Assembly: GCA_048937405.1 (NCBI GenBank)
Contig: JBHLNF010000011.1
Location: 5,972 to 69,971, forward strand
Length of the DNA: 64,000 nucleotides
Source: Promethearchaeota archaeon
GTDB taxonomy: Archaea > Asgardarchaeota > Lokiarchaeia > Sigyniarchaeales > SOKP01
Reading direction: 5' to 3'
Positions 49,280-59,541 of the stretch are shown here, one piece after another. How positions within the stretch are numbered: the first letter of the stretch is position 1; every line of letters begins with the position of its first letter. Made by a program: the position numbers and the translations under genes. Below the pieces are notes generated by a model. It did no database searches and was not told the DNA's origin. It saw only the letters and a program-made list of their open reading frames with translations.

Positions 49280-50125
49280 ATGATTGAGTACATCATAATT
49301 GCTATTCTTCAAGGTTTATTTGAATGGCTTCCAATATCCTCTAGCGGTCAAACTATGATTATTTCTATGAATATATTTGGTATATCTGCTGATGAAGCAT
49401 TCAGTCTTAGCATATGGTTACATTTAGGTACAACCTTAGCTGTTTTATTGAAGTTTAAAACAGATTATATTAAGATTATAAAAAGTATTATACCACGGAC
49501 ATTTATCATAGATGAAATTGATATCAGAAAGAGAAATTGGTTGATATATGCTACGATTGGGACAGCAATTACAGCCTTACCACTTTATTTTATCTTTAGA
49601 TTTATCATTTCAGGCGCATTTACTCCATTCCAAGGGGACTTAATCACTCTATTAGTTTGTGGATTATTGATTATTACTGGTATAATTTTATTGAAATCAA
49701 GAAAAATCTATGGAGAAAATTCTATAGAAAAAGTGCCAGAAAAATTCATACGAAAAGATAGTTTTGTATCTGGGCTAATTCAAGGTTTCTCGATATTACC
49801 TGGTATCTCCCGTTCTGGAGTTACTGTTTCATCAATTCTAATAGAAAATTATGACCAAGATAATGCTCTAAGATTAAGTTTTTTAATGTCTGCACCTGTT
49901 GTTATTGCTTCAATCATAGTTGATATAATTTTTGGGGGGAATTCAATATTTCGAGTAATTAGTCCTGTTATTATTGTTATCACGGTATTGATTTCTTTTA
50001 TAATTGGCTATTTATCCATAGAGTTCTTACTTAAAATAGCTCAAAAAATTAGCTTTGGTTATTTCTGCATTTTATATGGTGTAATAGCTTGTTTGATTAT
50101 TATTCCTTTTATGATAATATCTTAA
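49280..50125 (+). CDS. uppP: undecaprenyl/polyprenyl-diphosphate phosphatase (BacA/UppP)
   Basis: QGLFEWLPISSSG, HLGT, LPGISRSGVT, SFLMS. Confidence 0.93.
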   Translation: MIEYIIIAILQGLFEWLPISSSGQTMIISMNIFGISADEAFSLSIWLHLGTTLAVLLKFKTDYIKIIKSIIPRTFIIDEIDIRKRNWLIYATIGTAITALPLYFIFRFIISGAFTPFQGDLITLLVCGLLIITGIILLKSRKIYGENSIEKVPEKFIRKDSFVSGLIQGFSILPGISRSGVTVSSILIENYDQDNALRLSFLMSAPVVIASIIVDIIFGGNSIFRVISPVIIVITVLISFIIGYLSIEFLLKIAQKISFGYFCILYGVIACLIIIPFMIIS

Positions 50126-51072
50126 AGGTTTTCTATAAAGTTCTCAATAAAATTTTTTAACTCTAAATCTGCTTTGGGAATTCCTTTAAAACTTGGAAAA
50201 TCATTTAAATCTATAATATAATATTTATCAAAGTCAACTGGTCGAACTAAATCAAATCCGAAAATCTTGAGATTTAATTCTTTAGATAAAATTTTTGATA
50301 ATTTCTTAATATCTTCTGTTACTTCAAACTCTTCTCGCTCAATTAAACTTACATCAATATTTTCTGGTTTATCTCTTAAATAAATATAAATAGGATTTTC
50401 CCTCTCAATACCGAATACCTTATCACCAATCACATATATTTTTCTCTCAATACCATCACATTCTATAAATTCTTGAATATATACATCATAAGATAGGAAT
50501 TCTTTATATCTCTCACAAAATTTATCTATATCCTCAATCTTTTGAACCAAAAAGTTGAATCTATTGTATTTATCATGTTGATAATGACTTTTAATAACTA
50601 TAGGTAACTTTTTTGATACCCATTTCTTAAATTTTTCAAGATCAGACAATGACTGGTTCCAAGAATTGGGTAGTAAAAAATTTTCAAGAACTTTTTTATG
50701 TGTATTGAATATTTTTCTTATAGCATAATCAAGAGCAATTTTATTCATACATAATAATACAGTATCTATATTGTGAAGTGTGGGGAGATTATAGATTTTA
50801 GCATAATGTAATAAATCTATAGAACATTCATTCCTGACTTTTACTATAATTAAGTCTGTTTCTAATAATTCTGGCGGCATTTCAGAAAGACAGTAGAAAT
50901 GTTTTGTCGGATCATGCAATATCAGTTTAATATTTTTAATCTCCTTTAACTTCTTAATTAACTTTGTAATAACTTCATGATCTTGTCTTGCGGAAAAAAA
51001 AATTTTTTTTTTCATTGATTTGGTAATAGTTTTTATCCCATATTTATTGTTATAATATTTTAATGCTTTCAA
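50122..51072 (-). CDS. ITPK1-like ATP-grasp inositol-phosphate kinase
   Basis: IQEFI, KIYVIGD, IFGFDLV...YYIIDLNDFPSFKG; adjacent to INO1. Confidence 0.8.
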   Translation of the reverse strand: MKALKYYNNKYGIKTITKSMKKKIFFSARQDHEVITKLIKKLKEIKNIKLILHDPTKHFYCLSEMPPELLETDLIIVKVRNECSIDLLHYAKIYNLPTLHNIDTVLLCMNKIALDYAIRKIFNTHKKVLENFLLPNSWNQSLSDLEKFKKWVSKKLPIVIKSHYQHDKYNRFNFLVQKIEDIDKFCERYKEFLSYDVYIQEFIECDGIERKIYVIGDKVFGIERENPIYIYLRDKPENIDVSLIEREEFEVTEDIKKLSKILSKELNLKIFGFDLVRPVDFDKYYIIDLNDFPSFKGIPKADLELKNFIENFIENL

Positions 51073-51271
51073 TCCACATATAGTATATTTAATAATAATT
51101 TAATAATTAAAACATCATTTATAGGTTAAGATTACTTAATTAAAATTAAAACTTGAGTTCAATTCTATTAAATTCACCTTTATTTATCTTTATGATTCAT
51201 ACATCTAAGTATTAAATCTTTATGGTATTTTAAAATGATTTAAATATTATTACTATATTATACAAAATATC

Positions 51272-52366
51272 ATGGCTAATAATATTATTAATGTTGCTTT
51301 AATTGGTGTTGGTGATGTAGCTTCAGCTCTCGTTCAGGGTGTTGAAAATTACAAGAAAAATCCAGAAAAAACAATAGGCATAATTCCAGAAATTACTCAA
51401 TATAGTATACATGATATCAATTTTGTTTTAGGAATTGATGTTAATTCAAATAAAGTCGGAAAAGATATGAGTGAAGCAATTTTTGAACCACCAAATTGTA
51501 ATATGAAACTATTTGAGCCTGAGTTTTTAAATGCTCCAGTGCTTAAAGGACCAGTTATGGATGGTTTAGATAGCAACATCAAAAATATTATACCTGTAGA
51601 TGAATCCCAAGAACCAGTAAACATTACCAATGAAATAAAGAGTAGGAAAATAGACGTTACAGTAATACTACTCCCTACTGGTTCTCATAAAGCAGTAAAA
51701 TTTTATGCTATGAGTGCACTTGATGCCGGATCATGTATTGTAAATGGAATGCCATCCTACGTAGTTAAAGATCCAGAAATCGTCGAAAAAGCTGAGAAAT
51801 TAAAGCTTTCCTTAATTGGTGATGATGTAAAATCACAAATTGGAGCTACTATCATTCATCGCGCATTAGCTAATCTTTTTCCGATGCGTGGTGCTATATT
51901 GGACAAAACAATTCAATTAGATTGGGGTGGCTCGAGTGATTTCTGTAATCTTTTAACGACAATGCCAGATGGTTCTTTAAGATATGAAGAAGGAAAACGT
52001 CAATCTAAAACTGAAGCTGTGATTTCTAATCTCCAAAATAAAAATACGGTTGATTGTCAAATTTCTGCTGTAGATTACATACCTTTTTTAAAGAATCAGA
52101 AAGAGGCTTATATGAGATTAGAAGGCCAAATTTTTGGGGGTGCCCCAGTAAGAGTAGATATTACAATGTTTGTTGAGGATGGAAATAATTCGGCGGGAAT
52201 TATTACAGATTGTATTAGGGTTACTCAAATTGCTAGAGATAGAAAAATTGGGGGCGTTCTTAATTCCGCTTGTTCTTTTTTTGCTAAACATCCTACAGAG
52301 CAGTTAGAAGACTATATTGCTAAAAAAAGATTATTAGAATTTTTAGAAAACAAGATAGAAAGGTAG
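51272..52366 (+). CDS. ino1: myo-inositol-1-phosphate synthase
   Basis: IGVGDVASALVQG, IGDDVKSQIGAT, DFCNL, SKT, DYIPFL, EDGNNSAG. Confidence 0.92.
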   Translation: MANNIINVALIGVGDVASALVQGVENYKKNPEKTIGIIPEITQYSIHDINFVLGIDVNSNKVGKDMSEAIFEPPNCNMKLFEPEFLNAPVLKGPVMDGLDSNIKNIIPVDESQEPVNITNEIKSRKIDVTVILLPTGSHKAVKFYAMSALDAGSCIVNGMPSYVVKDPEIVEKAEKLKLSLIGDDVKSQIGATIIHRALANLFPMRGAILDKTIQLDWGGSSDFCNLLTTMPDGSLRYEEGKRQSKTEAVISNLQNKNTVDCQISAVDYIPFLKNQKEAYMRLEGQIFGGAPVRVDITMFVEDGNNSAGIITDCIRVTQIARDRKIGGVLNSACSFFAKHPTEQLEDYIAKKRLLEFLENKIER

Positions 52367-52405
52367 ATATATTTTAAGGTTGGAATAGTCTTCTAAACTT
52401 TATTC

Positions 52406-53314
52406 TCAAACTTTAATTGGTGTTTTATATACTTGTTGCTGTAATATTACAAGATTGTATATATAATCAGAAATTAAACTCACTGCTTCAGGAATGCTTC
52501 TAAAACTTGGAAAATCATTAACATCGATAATCTTTGGAATTCCATTTTTAGTTAATACATAATCAATTCCAAAAATAGATAATCCCATTTTTCTACCCAA
52601 TCTTAATATTCTTCTTTTTAACTGTTTTTCTATTGGAACACGGATGTGAATCAATTCTAAAGGAGATAAATTTTCATTTAGTTGCAAACGGTTATGAGAA
52701 GTTATTGAGACCATCCAACGACCGATGACATAAATCTTGTATATAATTTCATATTCTCCTAAATATTCTTGGAAAAACAAATCATTTTCATTGAATTCTT
52801 CTTTTAAATTATTAAAATTTTCTAAATTTTCAGCAATTCCGATGATTCTTTCATTTTTTGGCAGTTCTGGTATATTATGTTTATCTAATTTAATTATAAT
52901 TTTAGATCCATTAGAACATGCTTTCTTAGCTTCAATCAAGGAATAATAAGATTGAGGAATATCTAGATTTTTACATTTTTGTGATATTTTTCTAAAAGTT
53001 TCTCTCCTACTTTCGCAAATCTTAACAGCATTAATACTATTAAGAAGAGGAATATTTGGAGCAATTTCTCTAATTGCTTGGTAAATTTCTTGATTATGAT
53101 TATCAGACAATAATTTGATAATGATGAATGAAATAGGGTATCTTTTAAGCTGTTTTTTTAAAAACTTAGCACTAAATGTATCTGATCCTTTCTTAAGTAG
53201 GTTTATTATAGAAATATTATAGTTTTTACTACAGAACTTCTTGATTTTTTCAAAAACAATGAGGTCTCGATTACAAATAGAGCCTATATAGATCCTATTA
53301 AGCTTATTTGACAT
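52406..53314 (-). CDS. ITPK1-like ATP-grasp inositol-phosphate kinase
   Basis: FQEYL, YKIYVIG, IFGIDYV...IIDVNDFPSFR. Confidence 0.8.
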   Translation of the reverse strand: MSNKLNRIYIGSICNRDLIVFEKIKKFCSKNYNISIINLLKKGSDTFSAKFLKKQLKRYPISFIIIKLLSDNHNQEIYQAIREIAPNIPLLNSINAVKICESRRETFRKISQKCKNLDIPQSYYSLIEAKKACSNGSKIIIKLDKHNIPELPKNERIIGIAENLENFNNLKEEFNENDLFFQEYLGEYEIIYKIYVIGRWMVSITSHNRLQLNENLSPLELIHIRVPIEKQLKRRILRLGRKMGLSIFGIDYVLTKNGIPKIIDVNDFPSFRSIPEAVSLISDYIYNLVILQQQVYKTPIKV

Positions 53315-53566
53315 GTAAAAATCCCTAATATTTTGATGAATTATGAGTTAATTATGTTATTTAAATATATTGATTAATTCCTGTTGTTAAACGCTTTAGT
53401 AGTAAAAAATCCTTACAATTTCAACTTACTTGAAAATCACCAGTTTAATTTCAGAATTAATAGTTTAAATTTTAATTCTAAGTGTATTTATTTTAAATAT
53501 TTTTTTTATTTAATATTAAATAAATTAACCGTTTTTTTTTTATAAAATATACTCAAGGTAAATTAT

Positions 53567-54382
53567 GTGACAAAAATAGGAATACTAATCGATAAATACC
53601 ATCTAGAAAATAAAGTCACTGATTTTATACAATATTTAAAATCGAAAGCAGAAATAAAAATATATATTGAGGAATCTTATTTATTTAATAGTTCCAAATC
53701 TACTTTCGATGAAGATTTATTCTTTACAAAAGCGAAGGGAGATTTAATTTTAGCATTTATTAAATTAATTGAAGAAGAATCTTCTATTCCCATAATAAAT
53801 TCTTTTAAAGGTACTTGGTTGGCAATTAATAGATTCTTAAATAGTGTTTTTTTAAAAAAAGCAGGAATTCCGATTGCTGAATTCTCGTTGAATCCTAAAG
53901 GAAGCGATCCTCCGTTTAGAGATTTTATTATAAAAAATATTATAGATCAGAAAAATTATAAATTTAAACCAATAGTAAATAAAGTTAATGGAAGACTCAA
54001 TGTAGCTGATGAAAGAGCTTTAAATGAAGTTGATAAAACTAATCCAAAATATAATTATCTTTATTATCAAAAATTCATAAAAAGCAAATGGGAATATAAA
54101 ATCTATGGTATTGGGGAAGAAGTTTTTTTCTATAAGCAATTACCTATATTAGTAAATCCTAATAAAACAGAATCTAGAAAAAAAATTGATGACATTCCTG
54201 AATTAAAAGAATATTGCTATAAAGCAATGGAAGTTATGGATTTAAAATTAACTTCATTAGATTTTTTAAAATCAAAAGATCAATTTTATTTAACAGACAT
54301 TAATTGTACTCCAAATTTTAATTATATAAAAGATGGTCATAAAATAGTTGCGAATTATTTATTAAAACAAGCAAAACAGTAA
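53567..54382 (+). CDS. ATP-grasp protein (ITPK1/RimK-like)
   Basis: YQKFI, YKIYGIG, SLDFL...LTDINCTPNF. Confidence 0.75.
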   Translation: MTKIGILIDKYHLENKVTDFIQYLKSKAEIKIYIEESYLFNSSKSTFDEDLFFTKAKGDLILAFIKLIEEESSIPIINSFKGTWLAINRFLNSVFLKKAGIPIAEFSLNPKGSDPPFRDFIIKNIIDQKNYKFKPIVNKVNGRLNVADERALNEVDKTNPKYNYLYYQKFIKSKWEYKIYGIGEEVFFYKQLPILVNPNKTESRKKIDDIPELKEYCYKAMEVMDLKLTSLDFLKSKDQFYLTDINCTPNFNYIKDGHKIVANYLLKQAKQ

Positions 54383-54387
54383 AGTTT

Positions 54388-55188
54388 ATGAGAAATATGA
54401 ATATCGGAATTTTATCAAAAAGAACAACCATGCTCACTGGTAAACTAAAAAAGTGTTTAGAGAATAGAGGATTTAATGTTTCAATATATACTTTAGATAA
54501 TTTAGTGATTAATCAAAACCTCTTAAATCAAGATTTTTATATACTGAAATCAAAAAACTTATTTTTTCTTTATGCGGGATATTTTTTAGAGGCAAATGGT
54601 ATCCCAGTTATTCCAAAACCAGATATCTCTTTTGTACAAAAACATCGCATACATTCTAATTTAGTAATGAAAAAAATAGGTTTAACGACTCCAGAAATTT
54701 ATCTTGGTACATTTGATACATTTAAAAAACAATTTAAATTAGAAGATTTTCCTTTTATTTTAAAACCAATAATGGGTTCAGGAAGTAAGGGTGTTAAAAT
54801 TATTAGATCATTTAAAGATTTGAATTCAAAAGATAAAGCCATATTATACTTAGAGAAATTTATTAACGGTGTTCATTACAATGTATATTTCATTGATAAT
54901 GAAATATGCACATTAATTAAACCTCCATTATCGCATGAACATGTTGATATGAAATTAATTGAAACTCCAGATGATATACAGAATCTAATACAAAAATGGA
55001 GAAATTACTTCAATGGAGATTTATTATTTGGACACTTAGATATTGTAAGAGAGGAATTTACTAATAAATTATATGTTGTGGATCCTGGTTCATTTCCAGA
55101 ATTTACTAATTGGAAGTGTAAAATTTCACCCATTGAAAATATTTGTAATATTATTTTAGAAAAATATCAAGATTTAAATAAAAAATAA
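54388..55188 (+). CDS. ATP-grasp protein (ITPK1/RimK-like)
   Basis: FPFILKPIMGSGSKGV, LEKFI, HLDIV...VVDPGSFPEF. Confidence 0.75.
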   Translation: MRNMNIGILSKRTTMLTGKLKKCLENRGFNVSIYTLDNLVINQNLLNQDFYILKSKNLFFLYAGYFLEANGIPVIPKPDISFVQKHRIHSNLVMKKIGLTTPEIYLGTFDTFKKQFKLEDFPFILKPIMGSGSKGVKIIRSFKDLNSKDKAILYLEKFINGVHYNVYFIDNEICTLIKPPLSHEHVDMKLIETPDDIQNLIQKWRNYFNGDLLFGHLDIVREEFTNKLYVVDPGSFPEFTNWKCKISPIENICNIILEKYQDLNKK

Positions 55189-55224
55189 AATAATTTATGA
55201 TTTTTGATTAATAGTTTTTGAAAA

Positions 55225-56187
55225 ATGAGCAAACAGAAACAAATTGAGAAGTTAATAGTTGAACAACAAAAAGTACGATTATACAAAATAAAACATTTTA
55301 TTTTTGATTTTGGAGGCGTATTAATAGAAAAGACTTTTGTATTAAAAAATTTACTTGATATTATTGAGGCAGATTTGAATATATCTATACCACGTGATGA
55401 GAATTCATTTATAAGAAAAATCAAAAGAGGATTAAGTTCTGGAAGAATTTCTAGTAATGAATTTTTAGAAAAGATTTTCGATAAGTATTATTATCCATTT
55501 CAGGAAAAAGGCGGAGCTTTACCTCCTAAAAAGGTAAATGCGGAATATTATGTTGAGCTTTGGTTTGATTTATACTCACAAGTCACAAATATATCTTCAG
55601 AAATGGAAGAGATAATAGAACGTTTACACCAAGCAGATTATACAGTGAGTCTAATGTCTAATACTCATGATATCCATGCTAAGTCAAATTATTTAAGAGG
55701 ATTCTATGACATTTTTGATAATGTTTTCTTATCCAACGAAATTGGCTTTATTAAACCAGAAATGGCGAAATATAAATACGTATTAAAAAAATTAGATACA
55801 AAACCGAAAAAATGCATCTTTATTGATGATAAAATTCAGAATCTAGTCCCCGCTAGAGAATTAGGAATAATTGTAATTAGATTTGAATCCTTTGAAAAAT
55901 TTAAAGCTAAATTAAACGAATTGGGAATAGGAAATATTAGCAAGGATATTCGTCATAAAATAAAGAAAAAATATAAGAAATATAAAAAGACAAAAAAGGA
56001 ATATAAGAAAGCTAAGAAGGAATATAAGAAAGCTAAAAAAGAGTACTTTAAAAAGAAAGGTAAAGCACCAAAAAAAAGAAAGGAGTATCAACAAAAACGA
56101 GCACAATATAAGAAAAAAAAGACAGAATATAAGCAACAGAAAGATAAGAAAAAGGAGGAACTAGTTTCAAAAATACGAATTACTTAG
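55225..56187 (+). CDS. HAD-family phosphatase with lysine-rich heptad C-terminal tail
   Basis: FIFDFGGVL, MSNT, KP, FIDD motifs; tail KKYKKYKKTKKEYKKAKKEYKKAKKEY. Confidence 0.88.
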   Translation: MSKQKQIEKLIVEQQKVRLYKIKHFIFDFGGVLIEKTFVLKNLLDIIEADLNISIPRDENSFIRKIKRGLSSGRISSNEFLEKIFDKYYYPFQEKGGALPPKKVNAEYYVELWFDLYSQVTNISSEMEEIIERLHQADYTVSLMSNTHDIHAKSNYLRGFYDIFDNVFLSNEIGFIKPEMAKYKYVLKKLDTKPKKCIFIDDKIQNLVPARELGIIVIRFESFEKFKAKLNELGIGNISKDIRHKIKKKYKKYKKTKKEYKKAKKEYKKAKKEYFKKKGKAPKKRKEYQQKRAQYKKKKTEYKQQKDKKKEELVSKIRIT

Positions 56188-56208
56188 GAACTAATTAATT
56201 AATTTTAG

Positions 56209-57340
56209 TTACTCTTTACTTTCTTCCTTTTCTTCTTGTTCTTTGTTGAATTCTTCAACCTTCTTCATAACACTTTCAGATGGTGTTTCTGGTAAAGAAA
56301 TTTTTTCAAAGATTTCTATAAATTTAACATCGTCAATTTCATCAGTCATATGTGTTTGTAAATCCATTGCTAACCCGAATTTAACATAAGTTAAATTTTG
56401 GAAAAGAAACATTTTTGGAATCGTAATCTCAAGAGTTTTACTCTTAGGAATATAACTAACTTGAAAATCGGAAATGCTTTCTTTTGGGATTCCTTTATTC
56501 ATCATAAAATATTCTATCTTTTCATTAAAGTCTTCAATTTTATCTATTATTTCTAAATTGTAATCGATACTTTGACCTGCTAAAGGATGGTTATAATCAA
56601 CAATAACTCTTCCTTGCAGAACATTTGTAACTGTTCCCCTTTGTGTTTGTCCTTGAGTTTGTTTAACAAATTCTTGTCCTATCTCCGGATTTTTTCCTTC
56701 ATTCATTCTTCTAAATTTGGCAATACCGATTCTTTCAATCTTTTGAGGATCGCGTTTTCCAAAAGCTTTGGTAGGTGGTATTCTAACTGATTTTTTTTCA
56801 AAAAAATTCATTCCTTTGACTGTCTCAGTAAGGCCTTCATTTAAAAATCCTGGTTTGCCCACTATAACAAATTCCGGAGTATAATATCCTTGTTTAGCCT
56901 GATTTTCATCATAAATTCCTGCTTTTTTTGCATCTTCTTCTGAAGAAACTCGAAAAATTTTCCCTTTTTGTGTTCGAGCAGTGATTTTAATGATAACGAA
57001 ATCTCCTTCTTCAACTTTCTTGCCTTGTAATTTTGATTTTTTTTGTTCTAATTTTTTAATCTCTTCTTGAATTTTCTTTTCTTCTTCATCCCCTTCCTTC
57101 TTAGTCTGATCAACTTCTTCTTTCTTATTTGGTTCAGTTTTTCCTTTTTCAGTTTTGCTTTGTATCATTTCTTTAGCATTTTCAATAACTTTTTCGGCTG
57201 TAGCTTTCCCAAATCCTTTAAGATCAGTTAATTCTTCTAATTTTGAGTTTGCTAATTTTTCAACTGTATCAATTCCAGCTTCTTTTAATGTGTCAATCTT
57301 TTTGCCTAGACCCTTGATATCTTCTAATTTAAGAGACATT
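56209..57340 (-). CDS. long-type FKBP peptidyl-prolyl isomerase (SlyD-like) with N-terminal helix-hairpin-helix domain
   Basis: IPPTKAFGKRDP, VDYNHPLAG; N-terminal IKGLG and LKGFGKATA HhH motifs; start moved to ATG 57340 to avoid overlap with the upstream gene. Confidence 0.88.
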
Positions 57341-57436
57341 TCAACTCGATTAATTTCCTTTTTAAAAGTAGAATCGTTAAAAGTTAATTCAAGCAATATT
57401 TGATTACTTATAGATTTTACTAAAATAGAGAATTCC

Positions 57437-58549
57437 TTATGACACAGGTTCAAATATTATTCCTAATCCTTTTGCATATAATTTTACTTCACGTATTTCA
57501 TCCGGTGTAGGTCGTCTATTTATCTCTTCATGATTAAAAGCTTTGTATTGAGGACGATATTGTTTCATAATATTCATTACAGCATTGGGAAGTTCTTTAG
57601 CAACATAATCTAATATTGGTTTAGAACAGCATTCAATATGATTTGGCATAACTAAATGTCTAATACAGATTTCTCCACTTCCCTCATCATGGATTCTTTT
57701 ATGATTTCTGGCTATAACATCAAAGTAGTTATCAATACCAGAATATTTTTTTCCACACTCATTATTTCCATACTTCCAGTCTGGCAACCAAAAATCCATA
57801 AAATCGATAATTAAAGATAAAGCTTTATCTGTTAAGAAAAAGTTTGAATTCCATAATTGGCAAATATTGGATTTTTGAAATTTTAAACTCCCAATTATTG
57901 TGTGAATGTTTGGAATGGGATCCCCCCCAACATAATTTATATTTATTGCTCCCCGATCAACTAATTTTTCTGCAATTCCTGCTAAAGATATAGAATTAAC
58001 TTTCTGTGCAACATCTTCAATGTTTTTACTCCCTTTCCATGCCTGAGAGATATCATAATTCTGACAAAAGACACAACCAAAATTACAGCCTTGGAAGAAA
58101 ATTGTACCAGAAGGAATCAAATGAGGTTCTTCTCCCATATGAAGGAAAGAAGAAGATACATATGAATCTTTTGAAATTAGGCAGAATCCCTTTTCACCAC
58201 TTATTCTATTTGCTTCGCATTGCCTTTCACAGAATATGCATGCCTGTAAATACTTAATTGCTATAGTTTCTGCGAGTAATATGTAGTTACTATCTTGTAT
58301 CACTCTGTGTTCGATGTCAGATATATTTTCATTGAGTAGTTTATTAAACTCTTGAGATTTTTCTTTCAATAGTTTTTCAAGCGATTCTATTGAATCTGTT
58401 AGCTTAAAGTCACATTTAACACTCTTAGCTATTAGATATCTAGCTAATTGAGTTCCATCAATAATTCCTCGATATTTTGAAAATCTTTTGAGAATTTCTT
58501 TATCTTCCCAAACACGTACCGAATCTGGTCGAAGTGCTTTAAAAACCAT
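57437..58549 (-). CDS. radical SAM protein, PflX-like
   Basis: SGTIFFQGCNFGCVFCQNYDIS, RHLVMP, QYRP. Confidence 0.9.
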   Translation of the reverse strand: MVFKALRPDSVRVWEDKEILKRFSKYRGIIDGTQLARYLIAKSVKCDFKLTDSIESLEKLLKEKSQEFNKLLNENISDIEHRVIQDSNYILLAETIAIKYLQACIFCERQCEANRISGEKGFCLISKDSYVSSSFLHMGEEPHLIPSGTIFFQGCNFGCVFCQNYDISQAWKGSKNIEDVAQKVNSISLAGIAEKLVDRGAININYVGGDPIPNIHTIIGSLKFQKSNICQLWNSNFFLTDKALSLIIDFMDFWLPDWKYGNNECGKKYSGIDNYFDVIARNHKRIHDEGSGEICIRHLVMPNHIECCSKPILDYVAKELPNAVMNIMKQYRPQYKAFNHEEINRRPTPDEIREVKLYAKGLGIIFEPVS

Positions 58550-58574
58550 AATAAATTAGATAGGGTTGTAAAAA

Positions 58575-59303
58575 CTAAATCTCAAAAGATAACCAATCTA
58601 TAATATTTGAAAGAAATTTTAGATTATCTCCGGCATCTAATCCAAAATCATTCTCTAAAAGCCAATCTGATGAGCCTATGGTAACACATCTGCCATTGAA
58701 AAATTCTGATACAACACATATCGGAACTGGCCCAAGAGCACCTATTTCTTCATCTACATAATACTTAAACTCCGCTTTTTCAGAAGTAACAATTAAATCT
58801 TCCACCTCTTCTTCAGTAAGAGTAAAAAAAGTACAATTGGGCAATACTAATTCAGTTATACCCTCGGTTATTGGATGATTAAACAGCTCAGTAACTAAAA
58901 TATTTTTCTTTTTAATTAGATAATTAGAGGGCGCTTCTTGAATGATTCCATTCCAATATCTTCGAACACCACTTATTTTATATAACACTCTAATAGAGCC
59001 ATTCTTCATAGGTATATCTTTATCACCTCCATCTCCGCTTGTTAAAAGTAATCCTCCACCTTCTCCTACAAATTTTTTGATAGCGAGTAATTCGTTTTGG
59101 GTTAATTTATCTTTTTTCCCATCCTTAGAATGTTGGATATTTCCAATGAATAAAATGTCAAAGTCTTCAAGCATATCAAATTCGATAGGTCCTTCATTTT
59201 TATCAATATATTCGACTTCATAATCATCCTCTCCTAATGCGAACTCGGGAAATTCCTCTAACTTTTCCTTATGAGACAAATCTACAATAATTCTATAACT
59301 CAT
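58575..59303 (-). CDS. GldG/IFT52 (GIFT)-like class I glutamine amidotransferase-fold protein
   Basis: IIVDLSHKE, ELLAIKKFVGEGGGLLL, HPITEGI, GRCVTIGS, DNLKFLSNIIDWL; no signal peptide. Confidence 0.7.
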   Translation of the reverse strand: MSYRIIVDLSHKEKLEEFPEFALGEDDYEVEYIDKNEGPIEFDMLEDFDILFIGNIQHSKDGKKDKLTQNELLAIKKFVGEGGGLLLTSGDGGDKDIPMKNGSIRVLYKISGVRRYWNGIIQEAPSNYLIKKKNILVTELFNHPITEGITELVLPNCTFFTLTEEEVEDLIVTSEKAEFKYYVDEEIGALGPVPICVVSEFFNGRCVTIGSSDWLLENDFGLDAGDNLKFLSNIIDWLSFEI

Positions 59304-59541
59304 CCCAATACACTGTTATATTTTTGCTTTACAATGAATATTCCTAGTTTTGAGCAACAATTTAAAGATACTTTCAGAGAAAATCCTTCTATCTTAAGAT
59401 TATATAATATAATTTTATAAAATTATGCTATTAGTATTATTAAATATTTTCTTTTAAATTTTTTTAAATGAAAATAAAGATAGATAAAACTTAAATAAGA
59501 GGAGACCTAATTTTTGTGTCAAAAAGAAAAAGTAAGGAAAA

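Noticed and set aside
57341-57453. N-terminal 38 aa of the 414-aa FKBP ORF
   Set aside because: Overlaps the upstream gene end and looks non-coding; ATG 57340 starts exactly at the HhH domain
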